The position numbers and the translations under genes are program-made. A stretch of DNA of 47,030 nucleotides from Dehalococcoidia bacterium (GTDB taxonomy: Bacteria > Chloroflexota > Dehalococcoidia > Lucifugimonadales > UBA3495), in assembly GCA_041485445.1 (NCBI GenBank), contig JBGPJN010000002.1:1-47030 (forward strand), read 5' to 3'. The stretch's first letter is position 1. Each line of letters begins with the position of its first letter. Below, one piece after another: positions 36,214-44,689 of this stretch. The notes under the pieces are model-generated. The model ran no database searches. It was not told the origin of the DNA and saw only the letters and a list, made by a program, of their open reading frames with translations.

Positions 36214-38019
36214 TCAACGCGCCTTCCGCGGCCATGGCGCGAAGGCGTTGTTAACCTGCCCCAGGAAGGGCGCCAGGCTGGGGTAGTGCCGCAGCAGGAC
36301 GGTGGACATGGTGTTGTTGTCGATCCAGTCCATGCCCAGCTTGGTGTACACCGCCGGTGTGTAGTCGGTGGTGAAGAACCGGTCGCTCTTCAGCCGCCGG
36401 GATGCCATCAGCACGAAGATGCGGAAGGCGGTGTCGCTGAACCCAAACCCCCGGGGCGTGGGCTCGGCATACATGCCCACCATGGTGTCCACCCGGTCCA
36501 CGTCGTTGTCGTAGACCTCCCGCAGTTCCTCCGCCCAAACGCGGTTCTTGGTCAGCTGCTCAAAGCTCTTGACCCGCGGCTTGTGCAGGAGCTGCCGGAA
36601 CTGGTTGTAGCGGGGCACCCCGCGCTCCCGGTCCCGCAACACGTCCACCGCGGCCAGGTCCACCAGGGCGCCGGTGGGCTGCTTCAGCTGCCGCAGGAAG
36701 CGGGGGAAGTTGTGCAGGGTGACCGCGCCCGGATTGGAACTGCCCAGGGAGTAGAATAGGTCCGGCATGGCGATCTGGGACTGCAACTTCCGGACGTTCC
36801 TCCCCTCCACATCTGGAAAGGTCTGGTCCAGGAGGGAACGGTCCCCATCCAGTGAGCGGAAATTGAAATCGTCCGGGATCAGGGGGTGCAGCCGGTAGAC
36901 TGCAGTGAACTCCTCGGTCATGGCGTAGGGCGCCCCGTGGTGCGCAGTGAGCGAGCCGGGAATGCCGCCGAGGAAATCGCTGCGGCCCAGCCGGCCAAAG
37001 CCCCGGTGGAACCGTTCCCCCATCAAGCCCCACCAGTTGCCCCGCATGGCGAAGCGCAGGGTGGGTTGGGCGAGAATGCCGGGGGTCCACTCCACCGTGT
37101 GGATCTTGGCCATCAACGCCCCGTTGATGAGCCGGGCGCGGTCAAACACCTGGTCGTCGGACCAGTCGGGGTACTCGGCGGCCAGGCGGTCGCAGATGGC
37201 GTTATGCTCCTTGGTGAACAGGGTGTGCAGCAGGCTCAGGCCCACCCACCAGTTGTCGTTGATGCCGGTGCGGTCGGTGCCGGTCTTGGGGTCCAGCGGC
37301 AGCAGCCCGTCGGCGCCCACGATGAGCTTGCCCTTGTCCCCCGACCGCAGGCTGGCCTGGGCCTCCGCGGTGTTGCCGTAGATCTGGGACGCGTCCCACC
37401 AGTGCACCGAGGTGTTGATGGAAGTGGGAGGAAGGCCCCGGTCCTTCCCCTCCGGCGCGTAGGTTGGGTCCCGCCGGGTGCGTCCGATGCGCATGGGGCG
37501 TTCCGGCCACGGGTCGGCCTGGTCCAGGGGCAGCTCCCAGGGGTTCTCCGGCTCCGGCATGCCGTGATTGAACCAGTCGTGGACCTGGAACTGGATCCAG
37601 GCCGCGGCCAGCACGTTCAGGGAGGTGGCGGGGATAAAGGTGTCCCGGGCCAGCAATCGGGCGCTGACGGTGCGGGGATTGGGCGTAAGGAGGGCGGCGG
37701 GCGCGTCCGGGAATCCGAACTTCAGCGGAACGTTGCGGGCGAACCTCGTCCCAACGCTGCCCATCGTGGGGTACTTCAGGTCGTTTAGGGTTCCGTCCAC
37801 GGTGCGGGCGGTGCGATATCGCTGCTGCTCGGCGGTAAGCTCCGGACCGGGGGTGGACATCGTACCGGTGGTGTCGTGGAGGTTCCGCTGCCGCAGGGTG
37901 TCGCGGATGGCCACCAGGTTCAGCACCGCCAAGGGCTTGGGCAGTCGGTACCACGGCACCACCCGGTTGATGCCGCTGAAGGTCTTGATGAGCAGCCAGG
38001 ATAAGGGCGATCCAGCCAT
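36214..38019 (-). CDS. Haem peroxidase-cyclooxygenase superfamily protein, alpha-dioxygenase/fatty-acid dioxygenase-like
   Basis: Distal-His region AAAWIQFQVHDWFNHG, proximal-His region AKIHTVEWTPGIL, and the Tyr motif EEFTAVYRLHPLIPD, which matches the YR.H/YHWH catalytic-Tyr context of alpha-DOX and COX. Confidence 0.83.
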   Translation of the reverse strand: MAGSPLSWLLIKTFSGINRVVPWYRLPKPLAVLNLVAIRDTLRQRNLHDTTGTMSTPGPELTAEQQRYRTARTVDGTLNDLKYPTMGSVGTRFARNVPLKFGFPDAPAALLTPNPRTVSARLLARDTFIPATSLNVLAAAWIQFQVHDWFNHGMPEPENPWELPLDQADPWPERPMRIGRTRRDPTYAPEGKDRGLPPTSINTSVHWWDASQIYGNTAEAQASLRSGDKGKLIVGADGLLPLDPKTGTDRTGINDNWWVGLSLLHTLFTKEHNAICDRLAAEYPDWSDDQVFDRARLINGALMAKIHTVEWTPGILAQPTLRFAMRGNWWGLMGERFHRGFGRLGRSDFLGGIPGSLTAHHGAPYAMTEEFTAVYRLHPLIPDDFNFRSLDGDRSLLDQTFPDVEGRNVRKLQSQIAMPDLFYSLGSSNPGAVTLHNFPRFLRQLKQPTGALVDLAAVDVLRDRERGVPRYNQFRQLLHKPRVKSFEQLTKNRVWAEELREVYDNDVDRVDTMVGMYAEPTPRGFGFSDTAFRIFVLMASRRLKSDRFFTTDYTPAVYTKLGMDWIDNNTMSTVLLRHYPSLAPFLGQVNNAFAPWPRKAR

Positions 38020-38035
38020 GCCAGAATCTCCTTCC

Positions 38036-39493
38036 CTACTGGGTCTTCAAATACTCCAAGATGGCTTCCTTCTCCTCGGTAGCCAGGTTGGTGCCATAGG
38101 TGTGGCCGCCGTTGCTGTTGCCCCTGGCGGTGGTGTCGTACCGCCAGCCCAGGCGCTCGGCTTCCGCGCCGGCGGACTGGAAGCCCACGTCGGCGAAGTT
38201 ATAGACCGGGTAGCCCCGATAGAAAGCCTTCGGGCGCTCTTCCGGGGGCTTGAGCAGGTCCCGCAGGGTGGGCACGGAGCCGTTGTGCAGGTAGGGCGCC
38301 CGCAGCCAGATGCCGTCCAGGGGCATGTTGGCGTAGCCGCCGGTGGTGCGGAAGTGGGAGAACTTCCATGGATAGCCGGTGCCCAGGGTGTTCATGCGCT
38401 GGGCCAGCTCCGGGCTGAAGGACCTCAGCCGCTCAGGGTCTGTGCCCACGGCGCTGAGGGGGGTGACCTGCCCCACGTCCCGCCCGTCCAGGGCATGGCA
38501 CTGGGCACAGTTGGTCTGGAACAGCCTCTCCCCGGCTTGGGCGCGGCCCTGGTCGATCCGCGCCGCCGGGAACCGGGGCGGCGGCAGGTCCAGGATCCAG
38601 TCCTCGATCCGCTTCATGCCTGCCAGGTCCAGGGATGCGGGCGACGCTCCGGCGCCAATGGCCGCGCTTTTGTTCCGCTCCTCCACTGAGTTGTTGTTGC
38701 CGTCCCAGTGCAGCCACATGTTGGCCCGCGCCCGCTGGTTCCACAGGGAGGGCAGGTCGGCGGTGCCCACCGTGTCGTCGCCCGCCAGGTCCATGCCCAG
38801 CAGCCGCTTGTAGGGGTTGAAGGTGTCCACGCGACCCGGTCCCAGGGGCGGGCGCGCCTCCATCCAAGAAAAATTGGCGGCCTCCTGGAGCAGGGCGTCT
38901 TTGGTGCGGGGAATGATTAGATAACGGTAGATCAGGCCGTCCAGCCAGGAGAAATCCGGGTTGGCCGCCCGGATGGCGGGCAGGAGGGTGCCGGCGGTGA
39001 AGCGCGGGTCCCGGGCGCTGGCAAAGAGGAACCCCAGGTAGCCCGCCAGGTTGAACTGGCCGGCCGGCATGCCCAGGACCAACTGGGCGGGCGCCCCGGG
39101 CGACTCCTGCACCAGGCTGCTGTGGCATAGGGAGCAGTTGAGCCCCACCATGGGGAACGGCTTCTCCCGGTAGCTGGTGCCGATGGGGCGCTGGTGGGCG
39201 GGGGACTCGTAGATGAAGCCCAGGCGGGCGTAGCCCTCCCCCGGCCCCGGGGGCAGGCGCTCCGGGAAGACGGTGGGCAGGACCCGCCAGATCCAGTAGG
39301 GGATGCCCGACCGGCCTTCCGCACCGATGGAGCCGTACTTGAAGTGGTCCTCGATGCTGGCGTGCAGCTCGGGCACGTTCCGCTGAAACCAGACCAGGGC
39401 GTAGATGCCGGCCACCACCGCCACCGCCAGCAGCCCGGCGAGGGCCGCCAGGGAGATTCTCCAGCCACGGGACAGCCTGCTCAGCTTCTTCAT
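38036..39493 (-). CDS. Membrane-anchored dihaem c-type cytochrome, cytochrome-c-peroxidase/MauG-like
   Basis: Two CxxCH motifs (NCSLCHS and NCAQCHA). The N-terminal anchor is ISLAALAGLLAVAVVAGIYAL. APYLHNGSVPTLRDLL and the C-terminal GHTYG...EKEAILEYLK are typical of the CCP/MauG family. Confidence 0.72.
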   Translation of the reverse strand: MKKLSRLSRGWRISLAALAGLLAVAVVAGIYALVWFQRNVPELHASIEDHFKYGSIGAEGRSGIPYWIWRVLPTVFPERLPPGPGEGYARLGFIYESPAHQRPIGTSYREKPFPMVGLNCSLCHSSLVQESPGAPAQLVLGMPAGQFNLAGYLGFLFASARDPRFTAGTLLPAIRAANPDFSWLDGLIYRYLIIPRTKDALLQEAANFSWMEARPPLGPGRVDTFNPYKRLLGMDLAGDDTVGTADLPSLWNQRARANMWLHWDGNNNSVEERNKSAAIGAGASPASLDLAGMKRIEDWILDLPPPRFPAARIDQGRAQAGERLFQTNCAQCHALDGRDVGQVTPLSAVGTDPERLRSFSPELAQRMNTLGTGYPWKFSHFRTTGGYANMPLDGIWLRAPYLHNGSVPTLRDLLKPPEERPKAFYRGYPVYNFADVGFQSAGAEAERLGWRYDTTARGNSNGGHTYGTNLATEEKEAILEYLKTQ

Positions 39494-39499
39494 AGGCTG

Positions 39500-40819
39500 C
39501 TACTTGGCCGGGAAGGGGGGCGGCTCAAACACCGACATGATCTCCCGCAGCATGGCTTCCCGAGACTCAAACCTGGACTCTTCGTAGCAGCCCATGGGGT
39601 TCTTCAAGGCGTTCACCGCGCACTTGTTGCAGTAGGTGCATGGCTTGGGCGCGCGGTTTTGCCCCTGGGCGAACAACTGCACCAGGTTGTTGTTGGCCAC
39701 CAGGGGGCGGGCGATGGACACCGCGTCGCAGTCGCCGGCGCCGATGGCCTGGCGGATCACCGACGCGGTCTGGAACCCGCCGGTGCACAGCACCGGTATC
39801 TTCACCGACTGCTTGATGACGCGGGCGTCCGCCAGGTTGATCCCCTCAATCTGCTTGCCCCGGTTGTGTACCCACCACCAGTGGAACAAGCTCCGGAAGG
39901 GCCACCGGCGGAACATGAAGTAGTTCCGAACTCCGTGGCTTCCGCTGGAGATCATGATGTCGTAGGTCTGGGCTACCTCCTTCATGGGCAGGTCGCCCGC
40001 GGGGTTGCGGGGGTGGGGGAACATGCTGCCGCCGGAGACGTGGATAGCGTCCACCCCGGCCTGCTCCAGCCACTGGCACACCTGCACCGACTCCTTCAGG
40101 ATGTTGCCCTTGCCCTCCCAGGGGATCACGGCGTTGTTGTAATCGGTGCCGTTGATCTTCATCTGCAGGTGGAACTCCCGGCCCACCTTGGCCCGGATGG
40201 CCTGCACCACCTCAAGAACAAAGCGGGCGCGGTTTTCCAGCGAGCCCCCGTACTGGTCCCGGCGGTCGTTGATGCCGGAGCTGAGGAACTGGGTGATTAG
40301 GTAGCCGTTGGCCCCGTGCAGCTCCACCCCGTCCAGGCCCGCCTGCTGGGCCCGCCGCGCCCCCTCAGCAAAGGCGTTGACGGTCTCCCCTATCTCCTGC
40401 ACGGTCATGGCCTGGCACGGGAACCCGTGCAGCGGCTCCTTCTTGCTGGTGCTGCTCAGCGCCGTGGCGAACTCCACGCCGCGGACGTCGCGCTGCCGTC
40501 CGGAGTGACTGAGCTGCAGGATGTACCGGCAGTCGTGCTGGTGGACCCGCTCTCCCAGGGCGCGCCAGAACGGGATGTACTCATCCCGGTGGATGGTGGC
40601 GTAGTTGGGCATAATGCGGCCCCGGATGGTCACCGGCACGAAGGACGAGATGATGGCGCCCACGCCGCCCTGGGCGAACTTGGCTTCCCAGTTGATGCGC
40701 GCCTGGTTGCCCGAGCCGTCGTAGTTGTCGAAGCGGCCCGAGATGTTGGACCGGAACACCCGGTTCTTGACGGTGAGGTTCCGGAACTTCAGCGGCTCAA
40801 AAATGACGTCGGTAGACAC
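39500..40819 (-). CDS. NADH:flavin oxidoreductase, Old Yellow Enzyme / 2,4-dienoyl-CoA-reductase N-terminal-domain-like
   Basis: FEPLKFRNLTVKNRVFRSN...ILQLSHSGRQ...GLDGVELHGANGYLITQFLS, plus a C-terminal Cys cluster CTYCNKC...C resembling the FadH Fe-S motif. GTG start. Confidence 0.87.
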   Translation of the reverse strand: MSTDVIFEPLKFRNLTVKNRVFRSNISGRFDNYDGSGNQARINWEAKFAQGGVGAIISSFVPVTIRGRIMPNYATIHRDEYIPFWRALGERVHQHDCRYILQLSHSGRQRDVRGVEFATALSSTSKKEPLHGFPCQAMTVQEIGETVNAFAEGARRAQQAGLDGVELHGANGYLITQFLSSGINDRRDQYGGSLENRARFVLEVVQAIRAKVGREFHLQMKINGTDYNNAVIPWEGKGNILKESVQVCQWLEQAGVDAIHVSGGSMFPHPRNPAGDLPMKEVAQTYDIMISSGSHGVRNYFMFRRWPFRSLFHWWWVHNRGKQIEGINLADARVIKQSVKIPVLCTGGFQTASVIRQAIGAGDCDAVSIARPLVANNNLVQLFAQGQNRAPKPCTYCNKCAVNALKNPMGCYEESRFESREAMLREIMSVFEPPPFPAK

Positions 40820-40896
40820 GGCGATATCACCCTTGGCCCGTGAGAGTCACGCCAGTTCACCCCAATTTCCCTGGGATGTCACCCGAAGCGGGCCAC

Positions 40897-40926
40897 AGTC
40901 TAGCACCGGCGTCAAACCAGCGTCAA
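40897..40926 (-). promoter_or_regulatory. Promoter candidate for the OYE-cytochrome-dioxygenase operon
   Basis: The minus strand reads TTGACG-18 nt-TAGACT, about 75 nt upstream of the GTG start. Confidence 0.35.
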
Positions 40927-41094
40927 CTAACCGCTGTCATGTTGGCGATCCCGCAGGCGGCCGGTCCGGCGAGGGTTACCCGGTGGGGGGCAGCCTGAGG
41001 GGATGGAGCGGGACCGCGCCGAGGCGGCGGAGTTTCTGAACACGATGACTCTGGAAGGCAATTATCTCAATCGGTTGGAAGGTATTTCCGGCGC

Positions 41095-41142
41095 AAATCC
41101 CCCCAACCCCCCCTTTTTAAAAGGGGGGCGAAGGGGGGATTT
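41095..41142. repeat. C6/G6 nested palindrome unit (most complete copy)
   Basis: AAATCCCCCC-AA-CCCCCCC-TTTTTAAAA-GGGGGG-CGAA-GGGGGGATTT. The outer 10-bp and inner 6-bp stems are both perfect. Confidence 0.6.
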
Positions 41143-41204
41143 CGTCAGCCTCAGTTAAGAGATTTATGCAAGGCTCGGTAAGCAGCGGCGCGCCTGAGCA
41201 CTTT

Positions 41205-42410
41205 TCACACCCACGGGGTGCGCTTGGACCGCTCCTTCTCCGAGGTGTAGGTGGGCTGCCCCTGGCGCTCCAGGGCCTGGGACAACATCTCCTTGAACAG
41301 CCGGCGCTCCGGACCCCGGATCACCGCCTGCTCGTGGGACTCGGAGATGGCCACCGGGTAGCCCTGCCCCCGGCGGCACTGGTCCAGTATCAGGCTGTGC
41401 CCCAGGGCCAGCAACGCCTCGTCCTGGGCCACCCACTGGGGCACCTCCACCCGGCCCAGCTCTTCCCCGGTGTTCAGGTAGTAGAAGTACACCTGGTGCT
41501 CCCCATAGTGCTCCCGGGGCACGGAGGACGTGGTGCGGTAGATGGGAGACCGCCAGCCGGGGGGCAGCACCTCCTGGAACAGCTCCCGGTCCAGGATGCC
41601 GGTGGCGGCGCTGCAGGGCGCCAGGGCGGAGCGCCGGTTGCCGCAGGACTCCCGGCAGCGGCCCAGGTCGTGGGGGCAGAGGCAGCAGCGGACGGCGTTG
41701 ACCACCTCGGCGCTGCGGGGCAGGGAGACGTAGGCGGCCACCGTCACGGCGCGGGTGGCGGACAGCTCCCGCAGCTGTTCCAGGGAGGACAGCAGCTCCC
41801 CGATGATGGCGTCGCGCACAAAGGGCCGGTAGCCCTGCCCCGACAGCCCCCACAGCACCAGGGAGCCGTCCACCAGGGCCAGGGTGGGCAACCCGGCGGG
41901 CGCTTCCCGCACCACCTGCACCAGCCGAGCCAACTCCCGCACCGTGCGCACCAGCCCCAGCAGGGCGCCGGTGACGGTCTCTTCGTGGGCGGAGTTGGCC
42001 GGGTCGGTGAGGTAAAGGTCCGAGTCTGAGGACGCCAGTTGCGGCTGACTGAAGAGCTGGGCCGCGGGCCGCGCGCCGTAGGTCAGCACGCAGCCGCCCA
42101 GGTTCAGGAGGTAACAACTTATGGGCAGGTGGCGGTCCACGTCGATATGGGAGCCGTCCACCGCGGCCACGCACCAGTCGGCCGGCGTTGCCGAGGGCGC
42201 ATAGGCGCCCAGGAGGGTGTCCACCACCTGGGCCGCCAGGAAGGGACGGTCCGCCGCGTACCGGGTCTGCTCCACGGCGGTGCTGGCGCTGACCCGTCCG
42301 GCAGCCTCCACCAGGGCGGCCAGCCTGGCCCGGCGGTCCTCCCGGCGGTCACCCGCCTGCCGGGCCGCTTGGTCCAGCTGGAGCAGCGTTTCGCCCAGGT
42401 CAAGGGACAC
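41205..42410 (-). CDS. NurA-domain nuclease-like protein
   Basis: VAAVDGSHIDVD, TLALVDGSLVLWG and GQGYPVAISESHEQAVI match the NurA acidic and GYP motifs as I recall them. GTG start lies 6 nt after the selB stop. Confidence 0.65.
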   Translation of the reverse strand: MSLDLGETLLQLDQAARQAGDRREDRRARLAALVEAAGRVSASTAVEQTRYAADRPFLAAQVVDTLLGAYAPSATPADWCVAAVDGSHIDVDRHLPISCYLLNLGGCVLTYGARPAAQLFSQPQLASSDSDLYLTDPANSAHEETVTGALLGLVRTVRELARLVQVVREAPAGLPTLALVDGSLVLWGLSGQGYRPFVRDAIIGELLSSLEQLRELSATRAVTVAAYVSLPRSAEVVNAVRCCLCPHDLGRCRESCGNRRSALAPCSAATGILDRELFQEVLPPGWRSPIYRTTSSVPREHYGEHQVYFYYLNTGEELGRVEVPQWVAQDEALLALGHSLILDQCRRGQGYPVAISESHEQAVIRGPERRLFKEMLSQALERQGQPTYTSEKERSKRTPWV

Positions 42411-42416
42411 GGTGCG

Positions 42417-44282
42417 CTACCTCAGCACCCGTTCGTCGCCCATGCGACGGGTGACGCGCTGCTGGTCCAGGTGCTCCAGCAGGGGCAGGATGTACTTGCG
42501 GCTGGTGTTCAGCATGGTGCGGGCCTCCGCCACGGTGATGCGCCCGTTGGCCTTCAGGTGGGCCACGATCTTGTCCGAAATCTCCTGGTAAGCGCCGGCG
42601 GTGAACACCACCGACTCGTTGACCTTCACCACCTTGCCCTGGTCCACCAGGACGCCCAACAGCTCGGCGTCCAAGGGCAGGTCGGTGGGTGGCGAGTAGG
42701 GGTCCTGGGCCAGGGCGCTCAGGTAGGTGGCGGCCTGGCGCTCCAGGGCTGGGGTCAGGGCCACCTGATGGCTGGGCAGGCGCAGGTGCTGGCCTTCCTC
42801 CATCACCAATCCCTCCTGGGCGGCGCGGGCCAGCACCCGCAGGTACACCGGCTGGGCCAGGCCCAGGCGGCTGCGCAGCTCCTGGGAGGGCATGCCGCCC
42901 CGCAGCGGGTGCTGCCGGTGGTAGGCGGTCAGGTCGGTGAGGGTCTGGTCCCTGAGCCGGTTCCAACCCGCGCGGGAGTAGACCACGGCATCGGCCTCCG
43001 ACGCCAGGTCGCCCAGAGCCACCATGTCTCCGGCAGTGGCAAGCTGGGCGGCGCGCTGCCGCACCTCGGCCAAGGGCAGGTTGGCCCGCCGGGAGAGGGC
43101 CCCCAGGTCGCAAGGACCCCACTGGTCGGCCAGGCTGATGAGCACGTCCTCGCCGGTGCCCTGGTCCAGGGTCGTCAGCTGCGCTACCACGTCGGCCTGG
43201 TAGCGACGGTGTCGCCTCCGGGGATTGGGGTCCACCACCTGGCCGCCCCCCAGGGTGTCCTCGGCGGAGCGGAGGATGAAAAAGTCGCCCTTCACCACGG
43301 GCACCGGGTTCTCCAGCAGCAATTGCACCCACCCTTGGGCGCCCGCGGCCAGCTGGTCCACCTCCAGCAGCCGCACCCGCGCCGGGGTTTCGCTGGAGAA
43401 CAGGTGAAAGGTCACCCCCTCGTTGTGGCGCAGGGCATGGGGCGCGCTGCGCACCATGCGCAGCCGGGCGTCCACCCGCTGGGTGGCGCGCAGCCAGCCT
43501 GGGGTCGTCAGAATCTCGCCGCGCTGGATATCGGTGCGGGCCGCCCCGGACAGGTTCACCGCCAGGCGCACACCCGGCCCCGTGCGGTCAATCTTGCTCT
43601 GGTGGCTCTGCAGGCCGCGGACCCGGCAGGTCAGGCCCGAGGGCACCAGCTCCACCTCCTGGCCCACCTCCAGGCTGCCGTCAATCAGGGTGCCGGTGAC
43701 CACCGTGCCGAAGCCGGAGACGGAGAAGCAGCGGTCCACCGGCAGGCGGGGCCGGCCCAGGTCCCGGCGGGCGGTGGTCTGGTCCAGGATGCCGTCAATG
43801 GCCGCCTTCAGCTCCTCGATGCCGGCGCCGGTGTAAGACGACACCGCCAGCATGGGGCAGCCCTGAAAGGCGGTGCCGGCCAGGGTGTCTTCCACTTCGG
43901 CCTTCACCAGCTCCACCAGCTCGGCGTCCACCAGGTCGGCCTTGGTGATGACCACCAGGCAGCGGCCGATCTGGAGCAGGTCCAGAATGGCCAAATGCTC
44001 CCGGGTCTGGGGCATGACGCTCTCGTCCGCCGCCACGATGAGCAAGGCCAGGTCAATGGCCCCCACCCCGGCCAGCATGTTCTTGATGAACCGTTCGTGG
44101 CCGGGCACGTCAACGATGCTCACCTCCCGGCCGCTGGGCAGGGTCATCCAGGCAAAGCCCAGGTCAATGGTCATCTCCCGCTCCTTCTCCTCGGGGAGAC
44201 GGTCCGGGTCGATGTTGGTCAGGGCTTTGACCAGGGTGGACTTTCCGTGGTCCACGTGGCCGGAGGTTCCGATGACGTACAT
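42417..44282 (-). CDS. selB: Selenocysteine-specific translation elongation factor
   Basis: [47 protein letters not shown] and ITKADL form an EF-Tu-like GTPase. A C-terminal extension of about 270 aa with winged-helix-like repeats follows, which is typical of bacterial SelB. Total length 621 aa. Confidence 0.92.
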   Translation of the reverse strand: MYVIGTSGHVDHGKSTLVKALTNIDPDRLPEEKEREMTIDLGFAWMTLPSGREVSIVDVPGHERFIKNMLAGVGAIDLALLIVAADESVMPQTREHLAILDLLQIGRCLVVITKADLVDAELVELVKAEVEDTLAGTAFQGCPMLAVSSYTGAGIEELKAAIDGILDQTTARRDLGRPRLPVDRCFSVSGFGTVVTGTLIDGSLEVGQEVELVPSGLTCRVRGLQSHQSKIDRTGPGVRLAVNLSGAARTDIQRGEILTTPGWLRATQRVDARLRMVRSAPHALRHNEGVTFHLFSSETPARVRLLEVDQLAAGAQGWVQLLLENPVPVVKGDFFILRSAEDTLGGGQVVDPNPRRRHRRYQADVVAQLTTLDQGTGEDVLISLADQWGPCDLGALSRRANLPLAEVRQRAAQLATAGDMVALGDLASEADAVVYSRAGWNRLRDQTLTDLTAYHRQHPLRGGMPSQELRSRLGLAQPVYLRVLARAAQEGLVMEEGQHLRLPSHQVALTPALERQAATYLSALAQDPYSPPTDLPLDAELLGVLVDQGKVVKVNESVVFTAGAYQEISDKIVAHLKANGRITVAEARTMLNTSRKYILPLLEHLDQQRVTRRMGDERVLR

Positions 44283-44391
44283 GGCGGGTGCCTTCGTTGG
44301 TTCGAATCGGGTTCAAGCACAAACGGGAACTGGCGACCGCTCCAGCATAGCACCCAGGGCGAGGGATGGGTAGGGCGAGGTGGGGGGAGGG

Positions 44392-44516
44392 CAGGGCTGT
44401 TTCATTTTCCCCAAAGGTAGGGGCAGACCTTTGTGTCTGCCCTACGGCTGAAGGGGCAGACCAGGGCGCACACGCAGGTGCGCCCCTACGGGCAGGCCGA
44501 AAATGAATCGGCCCTG
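44392..44516. repeat. MITE-like palindromic element, copy D
   Basis: Termini are CAGGGCTGTTTCATTTTC and GAAAATGAATCGGCCCTG. It shares an identical interior block of more than 30 nt with copy B (GCAGACCAGGGCGCACACGCAGGTGCGCCCCTA). Confidence 0.7.
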
Positions 44517-44609
44517 GGGGGAGGAGGGACGGGCCTTTGCTTTGTCGGCGTGCTCCGGCCTTCGGGGAGGGAGCAAGGGCCCTGAGTTGGGAGGTGCTGG
44601 GACAATCCC

Positions 44610-44652
44610 AAAAGAAACGGCCGCCCTTGCAGGAAGCACCGCAAGGACGGCC
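44610..44652 (-). terminator. Intrinsic terminator of the J-like gene
   Basis: The minus strand reads GGCCGTCCTTGC-(10 nt)-GCAAGGGCGGCC, a 12-bp stem with one G-U pair, followed by GTTTCTTTTGGG. Confidence 0.65.
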
Positions 44653-44689
44653 GGCCAGGGGAGGACAAGCCCGGAGGGCTACCGGAGGA

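Noticed and set aside
28535-40300. Other long alternative-frame or antisense ORFs (28535-29890, 31331-32551, 33020-34099, 34110-35090, 36886-37788, 37202-37954, 37568-38689, 38433-39128, 39194-40300)
   Set aside because: Each overlaps a gene with strong family motifs (phnE, phnD, patatin, dioxygenase, cytochrome c, OYE). Each shows the Arg/Pro/Gly/Ala-rich composition expected from out-of-frame reading of GC-rich coding DNA.
41164-42174. 336-aa same-strand alternative frame overlapping the NurA-like gene
   Set aside because: Pro/Arg/Gly/Ala-rich with no motifs. The 41205-42410 frame carries the NurA-type DGS and GYP motifs.
44299-44308. GGTTCGAATC (T-loop-like) next to TTCAAG upstream of selB, considered as a possible tRNA-Sec (selC)
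   Set aside because: The flanking bases do not form a T stem or an acceptor stem. The TCA-containing segment lies on the wrong side of the T-loop-like motif. No cloverleaf can be drawn on either strand.
42039-44420. 793-aa ORF antisense to selB and the NurA-like gene
   Set aside because: Shadow ORF. selB on the minus strand has canonical GTPase motifs, and this ORF crosses a gene boundary and a repeat element.
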